Shown piece by piece: positions 28,396-35,821 of a stretch of DNA of 64,000 nucleotides. A program made the translations under genes and the position numbers. The stretch is from Polyangiaceae bacterium. GTDB taxonomy: Bacteria; Myxococcota_A; Polyangia; Polyangiales; Polyangiaceae. The notes below the pieces were generated by a model that worked only from the letters and a program-made list of their open reading frames with translations, searched no databases and was not told the DNA's origin. The stretch spans positions 1 to 64,000 of the forward strand of contig JAPSGB010000008.1 in NCBI GenBank assembly GCA_035063585.1, given 5' to 3'. Position 1 is the stretch's first letter; the number at the start of each line of letters is the position of its first letter.

Positions 28396-30567
28396 CTACT
28401 TGGTCGCAGTAAAGAGGTGGCAGGCTGCGCAGCTTTGCGCGTTCGGCTGGTGGCGGGTCCGGTCCTCGTGGCAGCTGAGGCAGTCGGCGCGGCTAGGCAG
28501 CTTGCGCGCGTGCGTGTCGTGGCAATCGGTGCAGCGCGCCTTGGCCTGATGGAGCTGGTGCGCTGCTGGGAGGCGCTCGTGGCAGGAGGCGCAGGAGGGC
28601 GGGGTGAAGGTGTGCGGCTGGTGGCACGAGCTGCACGTCGAGTGGGTGGGCCCGCGGCCCTTCGCCGCGCTCGCTTCGCGTGCATGGCAGCTCGAGCACG
28701 TCGACCGGAGGTCCTTGGGCGCGCGGTGCACGTCGTGGCACGACGCGCACTGGTGCCGGGTGCCCGTGACCTCGCGCGTCGCTCCGGCGTGACACTGGTT
28801 ACACGCTTTCGGGCGGGTCGGATCGTGCGGGGCGTGGCAGCTCGCGCACGCCTGATGCGCGGGGGGCTTCCAGGCCGACGCCCCCGCGGCCCGCTCCGCG
28901 TGGCACGACGCGCAGGGGGCCGCCACCAGCCCGGGGCCGTGCGCTTCCTCGTGGCAGGTCGTGCAGACCGCGTGCTTGCCGCTAGGCGCCTCGTCCGCGT
29001 GGCAAGTCTTGCACGCCGTCTTCTGGCCGATGGGCGGTCCGTGCTGCTCGTGACACTGGGTGCATGGGCGACCGGTGTGCGGGCCGGTGGTCGGGTTCTG
29101 GTGGCAGCTCGCGCACGCGGCCGGGGTCGCGCCGAAGGAGTGCTCCTCGTGGCAGCTCAGGCAATCCCTGTGCTTGGGCGGCGGCGCGGTGGAGACCAGC
29201 TTCACCTGTCGCGCGTGGCAGCTCTTACAAGCACCGAGCGCCGCGGCCGGCGCGTGCGGCTCGTGGCAGGTCCGGCAGGCCCGCGCGCGGTGCTCCGGCA
29301 CCGAGCGCGATAGCGTGGCGGACTGCTGCCCGTGACAGGCGGCGCAGTCCTTGGAGCGCGCTGCGTCGAGGTGCGGATCATGGCACGTGGCGCACGAGGC
29401 GTGACGGTTCGCGGTCTTGCCCGCGTGGCAGGTGGCGCAGCGCGCGGTGGGCTCGGCGGACACGTGCGGCTGGTGACAGTTTTCGCACTCGCCGTGCGTC
29501 TTGGCATCCCAGGAGGCGAGCTTCAGCACGTTGTCGGCGTGGCAGTCGCGGCAGCCTTGCGTCGCCGCCACGAAGTCATGCGGCTCGTGACACTGCGAGC
29601 AGCGCTGGTGCTTGGCCGCGGTGGTGTTGGCCGCGGCCTCGGCCTCGTGGCAGTTCGCGCAGGAGGTCATGAGCACCGTGCGCGGGCTGTGCGGCTCGTG
29701 GCAGGTAGTACACGAGAAGCGGTCCGGCATCTTCTCGTGGTGAGACTCGTGGCTCACCTTGGCGTGGCAGAGTGAGCAGTCTCGGCCACGGGAGCGCGCG
29801 TCGTCGCTCTGCTCGTGCGGCTGGTGGCAGAGCGCACAGGTCTGGAGGTTGCCGTGGAGCATCGATGACTCGATGGCCTTGGCCGGGACGCGCTCGGGGA
29901 GGAGCGACTTCGGATCCGGCTCGTCGGTCCCGCCGTGGCAGCGCTGGCAGAGGGCGGTCGGGGTGGCGGCGCCGCTCCCCATCGTGCGGCGAAAATTGTG
30001 GCAAGACAGGCACGAGATTTCGCGATGCTCGCTCACCGCGTGCGCGCCGTAGGTCTTGAGCTGGGTGTGGCACTCCGCGCACGCCGCCGCTCGCGGTGGG
30101 TTCTCGTGGTTCTTCGCGGCGTGGCAGGCCGAACACTCGAGCGGCGGGCTTGGCTGGGTGAGGTGCTCGACGTGGCTCTTGCTCTCGAGGAGCCGGCCCT
30201 CCGGGCTCGCGCCGCTCAGGTGGCAGCTCTTGCAGCGCGCGAGGTCGACCGCCCCGTGCGGCGTGGCTCGGGTGCTCGAGACCAGCCCGAGCGCCCACTG
30301 CTTCAGGTCCTGAGAGACTCGAGACTCGTGGCAGGCGGTGCAAGCCAGCTTCGCGTGCGCGCTCGCGTGTGCTGCCTGCGCGCTGCCCGCGTGACACGAG
30401 CCGCAGAAGTCGGGGCGCTTCACCCGCGCCCGCGCGCCGAGTAGGCCCAGCCCAACCAGCATGAGCAGCGCGAGCGGCAGCGCCCAGCGGAGCCACTTCG
30501 AGCGCAGCCACGCGGTGCGCCGCAAGGCTGGTGAGGCCGGCTCTTCGGGAGGAGGCGTCGAGGTCAC
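28396..30567 (-). CDS. Membrane-anchored 34-heme cytochrome c
   Basis: One N-terminal TM helix; 34 CxxCH counted by hand in 723 aa. Confidence 0.92.
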   Translation of the reverse strand: MTSTPPPEEPASPALRRTAWLRSKWLRWALPLALLMLVGLGLLGARARVKRPDFCGSCHAGSAQAAHASAHAKLACTACHESRVSQDLKQWALGLVSSTRATPHGAVDLARCKSCHLSGASPEGRLLESKSHVEHLTQPSPPLECSACHAAKNHENPPRAAACAECHTQLKTYGAHAVSEHREISCLSCHNFRRTMGSGAATPTALCQRCHGGTDEPDPKSLLPERVPAKAIESSMLHGNLQTCALCHQPHEQSDDARSRGRDCSLCHAKVSHESHHEKMPDRFSCTTCHEPHSPRTVLMTSCANCHEAEAAANTTAAKHQRCSQCHEPHDFVAATQGCRDCHADNVLKLASWDAKTHGECENCHQPHVSAEPTARCATCHAGKTANRHASCATCHDPHLDAARSKDCAACHGQQSATLSRSVPEHRARACRTCHEPHAPAAALGACKSCHARQVKLVSTAPPPKHRDCLSCHEEHSFGATPAACASCHQNPTTGPHTGRPCTQCHEQHGPPIGQKTACKTCHADEAPSGKHAVCTTCHEEAHGPGLVAAPCASCHAERAAGASAWKPPAHQACASCHAPHDPTRPKACNQCHAGATREVTGTRHQCASCHDVHRAPKDLRSTCSSCHAREASAAKGRGPTHSTCSSCHQPHTFTPPSCASCHERLPAAHQLHQAKARCTDCHDTHARKLPSRADCLSCHEDRTRHQPNAQSCAACHLFTATK

Positions 30568-30582
30568 GGTGCGCTGCGCGGG

Positions 30583-32265
30583 TCAGGGAACGCGGAAGGT
30601 CACGTCGCCGTCGACGTGGAGCTCCGGGCGGATGAAGTCGAGGTTCGAGTCGAGGTTCTCGTGGCAGGTCGCGCAGTCATCGGCGTTCGCCGGGTGCGGT
30701 GCGGGCGGTGGGAGCCCGTGACAGGTGCCGCACGCGGCCTGGGTGCCGTCGACCGTGGTCCAGAGCGGCCGGGTGAGCGCGCCGCCGGAGGCGTGCCCCG
30801 CGACGAAGTGCTCGCCGTGGCAGTAGGTGTTCCGGCAGGTCGCGCCGTCGAGCGTCGGTGCGGCGCCCCACGCGACTGCGACCCCGGAGAAGGTCAGCTC
30901 GGCAGGTCGGGGCGAGTCGAGATGGCCCGGAGCGCGCCACCCGCTCGGGACGACGTGACACTCGCCGCACGGCACCGCGCGCGCGCGGCCGCTCGAGACG
31001 AGGTGCGCCTGGTGCGCGCCGACCGCCATCATCGAGGTCGCCGTCTCGCCGCCGACCCCGCGCGGCGGCGCGTCGTTCGCGCTGCTGCCGTGGCACGCGT
31101 TGCACGCGGTGGGCGCGGAGACGTCGACCACCCCATCGACGTGCCGCCCTCGGGAGATGATCGAGTGATCGTCGGGGCCCACCACCTCGCCGTGGCAAAG
31201 CGAGCAGCGCTGCATCTGCGGGTGCGGCGCGGCCGGCGGCAGGCCGTGGCACGAGTCGCAGTCGAGCGGCGCGCCCGTCCGCGTCCACGCGGGCGAGGGC
31301 CTCGGCGCGGCCGGCTCAGGCGAGTGGCACCAGGTGTCTCCGCAGGAGCGGCTCGCGCGATCGAAGTCGGGGGCGTGGCCATGAGCCGCCGCCACTCCAG
31401 CCATGTGCACTTCGGCGGGGGCGCCGTCCATGTGGAGCGGGTCGTCCCACTTGGCGGGGATGTGATGGCACTCGCCGCAGGTGAGCGGGCGTCCGTGGTC
31501 GCCGCCCCCGAGGTGGCGCTGGTGCGCGCCGACCCCGGGCGAGCTCGGGTCGGTGTCGCCGTTTACCGCGCTCGGGGGCGCCGGGTTCTTCGCGTTGCCG
31601 TGGCAGTCGTTGCAGGCGACCGCGCGCACGTCCACCACGCCGTCGACGTGACGCTCGGGCGCGATGAAGTCGCGGTGCCCGCTCGCATCCGCCGCGCCCA
31701 CCACCTCCCCATGACAGGTCTCGCAGCGGGTAGTTTGCGGGTGCGGCGCGGCCGGCGGCAGGCCGTGGCAGGTGCCGCAGATCTCGGGCTCGGGGCGCTG
31801 GCGCGTCCACACCGGGCGGGCGCGGCCGTGGCAGTAGGAGTCGGAGCAACTCCGGGTGTTCGGATCGTAGCTCGGCGCGCGGCCGCCCTCGGCGGCGAGC
31901 GCCCCGAACCGGAGCTCGGCGGGGCGGTCGCTGTCGGCGTGGCCGGGCTCGAGCGCGGCCTTCGGTACCAGGTGGCACTCACCGCAGGCGACCGCGCCGT
32001 GCGTCGCGCTCGCGTAGAGGTGGCGCTCGTGGGCGCCCACGCCGGGGTACTCGGGCGAGGTGTTGCCGTTCAGATCGCGCGGCGGCGCGGAGCGCTGGAG
32101 CGGGGTGCCGCCCCGCGTGTCATCGCCGTGGCAGCGCGCGCAGTCACCGGTCGCGCGGGGCGCTTGCTCCGAGTCTGCGCGCTCGAGGCATGACGGGAGC
32201 CCCGCCACGAGGCCGGCGGCCATGAGCGCCAGCGCGCCGAGGCTCGTCGCTCGGCTACCCGCCAT
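30583..32265 (-). CDS. CxxxxCH/CxxCH-domain multiheme lipoprotein (15 heme motifs, 3 repeats)
   Basis: Start MAGSRA at 32265; lipobox-like LPSC; three modules, each CX2CH, CX2CH, CX4CH, CX2CH, CX2CH. Confidence 0.88.
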   Translation of the reverse strand: MAGSRATSLGALALMAAGLVAGLPSCLERADSEQAPRATGDCARCHGDDTRGGTPLQRSAPPRDLNGNTSPEYPGVGAHERHLYASATHGAVACGECHLVPKAALEPGHADSDRPAELRFGALAAEGGRAPSYDPNTRSCSDSYCHGRARPVWTRQRPEPEICGTCHGLPPAAPHPQTTRCETCHGEVVGAADASGHRDFIAPERHVDGVVDVRAVACNDCHGNAKNPAPPSAVNGDTDPSSPGVGAHQRHLGGGDHGRPLTCGECHHIPAKWDDPLHMDGAPAEVHMAGVAAAHGHAPDFDRASRSCGDTWCHSPEPAAPRPSPAWTRTGAPLDCDSCHGLPPAAPHPQMQRCSLCHGEVVGPDDHSIISRGRHVDGVVDVSAPTACNACHGSSANDAPPRGVGGETATSMMAVGAHQAHLVSSGRARAVPCGECHVVPSGWRAPGHLDSPRPAELTFSGVAVAWGAAPTLDGATCRNTYCHGEHFVAGHASGGALTRPLWTTVDGTQAACGTCHGLPPPAPHPANADDCATCHENLDSNLDFIRPELHVDGDVTFRVP

Positions 32266-33313
32266 GGCAATACCTGCACATCGCGGCGCTCTCCGACCGC
32301 GCGCTCTTCCACCCGTGGGGGTGGGGGTTGCCGCCCGAGCCGCCGACCTTGTGGCAGAGCACACAGTTGGTGGCCGGCCCCTGGTCGTGGCACGCCGCGC
32401 AGGCCAGGATGTCGCGGCGCGCGGCGCGGCCGTGGAAATCCCGATCGTTCGGGTTCGAGCCCATCCAGGCGCGCGGGTGCGGGCTCGCGCCGTTCACGGC
32501 GTTGCCGCTCACGCCACGGCGCGCATGGCAGGCGTCGCAGCTCTCGGTGGTGTGGCAGCTCAGGCACTTGCCGGGCTGCGATTTCGCCTCGATGGCGTGC
32601 ACGCCGAGGAAGTCGCCGGGGTGCGCGAAGCGGCGGTCGATGCGCTCCGGCTCGCGCTGCTCCACCCGGAGGCCCTGGGACACGTCGTGGCAGTCATTGC
32701 ACGACGCTTCGGTGTGGCAGTTCTGGCACATCGCCGGTGCCTCACGCGCGGCCGTGCCGTGACGGCGCTGGAACGCGGCATCGTGGCGAAGGAAGGTCTC
32801 GGGCAGGAGCCGAGACAAGGTCGAGCTCTCGTGGCACGGCGCGCACTCGGCGCGATCCCACTGCTCCTGGTGTTCGTGGCAACGGAAGCAGCTCTTCATG
32901 TCCGGGAAGGGGCTCGCGGGCCCGGCGGACTCGTCCGCCACCACGCCTCCGTGACAGGGCACGCACTGACCTTGGAGCTTCGGCATGGCGAGGTGCTCGG
33001 CGTGATTGAACGAGACCGTGCGCGCGATCGAGAGCGCGCGATCCTCGGGCGGCGGCGCCGCGGCGAGGAGCGCGCGCTCGCCGGGCGCGTGGCAGCGCTG
33101 GCACACCTCGACCGTGGGCAGCGGGTTCACGCCGGTCTCGACCGCGTGGCAGCTCGCGCAGCTCAGGCACTTGGGCTGGCCGGGGCCGCCGCAGGAGAGC
33201 TTGGTGAGGTGCTCGGGATGTGAGAACCGGGGCCGCGACCTGGTGCAGGCGGCGGCGAGCGCCGCGCCGAGCGTCATGGCGAGCAGCGCGCGAGACCAGC
33301 GCCGAACCGTCAT
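32255..33313 (-). CDS. Dodecaheme cytochrome c (cytochrome c3-like/ExtA-like), lipoprotein signal
   Basis: Start MTVRRW at 33313; LAAAC lipobox; 12 CxxCH; FSH..H and FNH..H c3-type motifs. Confidence 0.88.
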   Translation of the reverse strand: MTVRRWSRALLAMTLGAALAAACTRSRPRFSHPEHLTKLSCGGPGQPKCLSCASCHAVETGVNPLPTVEVCQRCHAPGERALLAAAPPPEDRALSIARTVSFNHAEHLAMPKLQGQCVPCHGGVVADESAGPASPFPDMKSCFRCHEHQEQWDRAECAPCHESSTLSRLLPETFLRHDAAFQRRHGTAAREAPAMCQNCHTEASCNDCHDVSQGLRVEQREPERIDRRFAHPGDFLGVHAIEAKSQPGKCLSCHTTESCDACHARRGVSGNAVNGASPHPRAWMGSNPNDRDFHGRAARRDILACAACHDQGPATNCVLCHKVGGSGGNPHPHGWKSARSESAAMCRYCHGG

Positions 33314-34740
33314 GGCCCCTTCCCGTCGAGACCGTAGGTGGCTCGGACCAGCGCCTGCAGATCGGCGTCGGCGTAAGGCGTCCGCGCGAGGGAGCTCCCG
33401 AAGAGGAGCCTGAGCTCGTCGAGCGCGCGCCACTCGACGGTGCCCGCGTAGACCTCGGCGATCCGGCGCCCGGAGATCGCCTCGTCGTAGAGGTAGAGGT
33501 ACGCCTCCGCGGTCGCAGTGACGCGCCCCGCGATGCGCTGCCGGAGCGAGTCGCGGAGCGCCGTGTAGCCGTTGCCGGGCGCTCGAACTCGCGCGAGCCC
33601 CAGGCGAAGCACGGTGCGCTCCTCGCGGTCCGGGGCGACACGGAGCGCGAGGTCCCCGCGCGCGCCCGCGTCGCCCGCAGAGTAGTGTTGGAGATACCCG
33701 CCGCCCTCCACGCCGATGAGCGCGAGCGGCCGCCACGAGGCGGTCGCGCCGAGCTCGTCGAAGGTGTCGGCGCTGAACACGCTCAGCACCGACTGGCGCG
33801 ACAAGAGGAGCGCCGGCTCGGTGTGGAGGTACTCGACGCCGAGCCCGACCCCGCGCGCGGGGACGGTGTCCGCCCAGAGGCGCGCGTCGGCGAGCCCGAG
33901 GCCGTCGAGGTCGAGCACGGCCGCCCCGCCGGCGCTCGCCCAGTCGAGCGGCTCTAGCTGAAAATCTCCGCCGAGCGAGCGCCGCGCGAGCTCGCTCGAG
34001 GCATGCTCCTCATGGAACGAGGCACCGACCACGAGCGGCCCGCGCTCGTAGGAGGCACGCCCGCCCGCGAGCCAGTAACCCGAGCGGCGGGCCTCCGGGA
34101 GCGCCTCGGGCTCGCGGAGCAGCGTGTCGGCGGCGGCCCCGAGCTGCGCGTAGCCCGGGCGGCCGCTCCACCGCGGCAAGACCGAGAGGCCCGCGTACGC
34201 GTCCATCCCGAGACCGATCGCGAGCCGTGAGCCCGCGGCCGCGCCGTCGAAGCGCGCGAAGCGGGCGGCGCCGCCGGCGATGACCTGGCGGCCGAGGCGG
34301 ACCCAGCTGGGTCCGGCGTGAAGCCGGACGTTGGCGGTCTGGAGGTCGCCGTCGAGGCGACGGGCCGTGTCGAAATCCTCGGTGGCCGTCGCGGCGCCCC
34401 AGGCGGAAAGCTCGACGCTCGTGTCATCCTCGCCGAGCGTGTCGAGGTCGTCCGCGCGGAGCGAGACGTACTCGTACACGGGCGCGATGGTGTCGGTGGT
34501 GACGAGCGCGCCGTTGGGCCCGGGTAGGAGCGCGCGCTGGTAGAGTTGCAAGTATGTGGAGCTGTGGAAGCGCACGAGCGCGGCGTCCCCGCGCTCGGCT
34601 CGGGCGCCGCCGCCTCCGGCGCGCGCCGGAGGCGCGCCGAGGAGCGCAGCGGTCGCCAGGAGCGCGCAGGTGACGGCGGCGCCCCGAGGCGCGGCCCGGG
34701 GCTCCGGGCGCTGGGTCGGGGTTCTGCGCCGAGAAACCAC
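33310..34740 (-). CDS. Putative outer-membrane beta-barrel (porin of a porin-cytochrome conduit)
   Basis: Signal-like segment ending PARA; alternating amphipathic strands (VRLGRQ, ELGATASW, ALVRATY); position among multiheme genes. Confidence 0.65.
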   Translation of the reverse strand: MVSRRRTPTQRPEPRAAPRGAAVTCALLATAALLGAPPARAGGGGARAERGDAALVRFHSSTYLQLYQRALLPGPNGALVTTDTIAPVYEYVSLRADDLDTLGEDDTSVELSAWGAATATEDFDTARRLDGDLQTANVRLHAGPSWVRLGRQVIAGGAARFARFDGAAAGSRLAIGLGMDAYAGLSVLPRWSGRPGYAQLGAAADTLLREPEALPEARRSGYWLAGGRASYERGPLVVGASFHEEHASSELARRSLGGDFQLEPLDWASAGGAAVLDLDGLGLADARLWADTVPARGVGLGVEYLHTEPALLLSRQSVLSVFSADTFDELGATASWRPLALIGVEGGGYLQHYSAGDAGARGDLALRVAPDREERTVLRLGLARVRAPGNGYTALRDSLRQRIAGRVTATAEAYLYLYDEAISGRRIAEVYAGTVEWRALDELRLLFGSSLARTPYADADLQALVRATYGLDGKGP

Positions 34741-34746
34741 GCGGGG

Positions 34747-35571
34747 TCAGTTCTCCACGATGACCGCGTCCTCGAGCAGCGCCGGGTAGTGGTAGCCGAT
34801 GCCGATGTCCACGTCGGCTCGGAGCACCCCCTCCAGCGTGATGACCTCGCCCTGCTTCGGCTCGGCCTGGGTGGTGACGGCCAGATCGTTGGTGCGGCTC
34901 GCGGCGTCGCCCGAGCCGTCGCGTAGGTGGAGGAACGTCTTGCCGTTGATGCCCGGTGTGACCTTCACGACCACGCCCCGGATGCGGAGCTTCTTTCCCG
35001 CGAGCTTCGACAGCGACGCGTAGGCATCGCCGACCCGCTCGGCGTTCGCGCCGCTCGCCTTCTCCACCTTCGGGAGCGCGACCTCGTCCCCGGTCGTGGT
35101 CGCCGCAGGGTGACCGGTGGGCTCGCCGCCGGGGCTCGGGGCCGCGCTGGTCGGCGGATGACCCGGAGGAAGCGCGCCGGCGCCCGCGCTCGCCGCGCCG
35201 GCGCCGAGGTTGCCGAAATAGATGACCTCGAAGGTTCGGTCGAGCGTCGGGCTCCGAAATCCGTTCATCTGCGTCGCGCCGACCACGGTCACGCGCTCGC
35301 CCTTGGTGAGCTTCGCGAGCGGCACCGCCGCCCACCGCTCCCCGGCGCCGGTGTCGAGGCGGAGATAGGTGTACTCGGGGACGTCGAGCGCCTCGAGGAC
35401 GGTACCGCTCAGCGTCGCGCCGTCTTCCGCCGGTGGCTCGGTCGAGGGCGCCGGCGCATCTCTCCGCGCGGGCTCGGCGGTCGGCTGCGCCTTCGAGCCG
35501 GGGCGATCCAGATAGAATCCGAGGACCATCGCGGCCGCGATGGTCCCGCCGAGGAGGTAACCCATCTTCAT
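34747..35571 (-). CDS. NrfJ-like / OB-fold membrane-anchored protein
   Basis: SGTVLE...YTYL...W.AVP...MNGFRSPTLDRTFEVIYF, then IRGVVVKV..GINGKTFLHLRDGSG..NDLAVTT. Confidence 0.7.
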   Translation of the reverse strand: MKMGYLLGGTIAAAMVLGFYLDRPGSKAQPTAEPARRDAPAPSTEPPAEDGATLSGTVLEALDVPEYTYLRLDTGAGERWAAVPLAKLTKGERVTVVGATQMNGFRSPTLDRTFEVIYFGNLGAGAASAGAGALPPGHPPTSAAPSPGGEPTGHPAATTTGDEVALPKVEKASGANAERVGDAYASLSKLAGKKLRIRGVVVKVTPGINGKTFLHLRDGSGDAASRTNDLAVTTQAEPKQGEVITLEGVLRADVDIGIGYHYPALLEDAVIVEN

Positions 35572-35585
35572 GACGGACCGGCGAT

Positions 35586-35601
35586 AGCATCACTCGTGCC
35601 T
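35586..35601 (-). promoter_or_regulatory. Putative sigma54 promoter for the leftward cytochrome operon
   Basis: Minus strand AGGCACGAGTGATGCT, GG-N10-GC, 2 mismatches to consensus. Confidence 0.55.
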
Positions 35602-35705
35602 CGCGAGCACCGACGCCTGTCAGCGCTCATGCGGATCTCGCCTTCGAGGATGCTCAAGGACTTGCTAAACGCTCCAGCGTGACGAGCTCGGGCATCGAGC
35701 GAGGT

Positions 35706-35721
35706 TGGCGCGGTCTTCGCA
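35706..35721 (+). promoter_or_regulatory. Putative sigma54 promoter for the mtrC/omcA-like gene
   Basis: TGGCGCGGTCTTCGCA, GG-N10-GC, 2 mismatches to consensus. Confidence 0.5.
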
Positions 35722-35821
35722 TTTCAGCGACGCTTGCCTCGGCTCGGGCGAGTTTCGCGAAACCTTTTCTCTAGCGGCTGAAACGCGCGCAAATCGCGCG
35801 CAAACCGGACAGGCTCGAACC

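Noticed and set aside
35722..35821. GEMM-I (c-di-GMP/cGAMP) riboswitch ahead of the decaheme gene
   Set aside because: A-rich patches are present, but I could not find the GGCAAAC...GAAA...GACGCAAA arrangement
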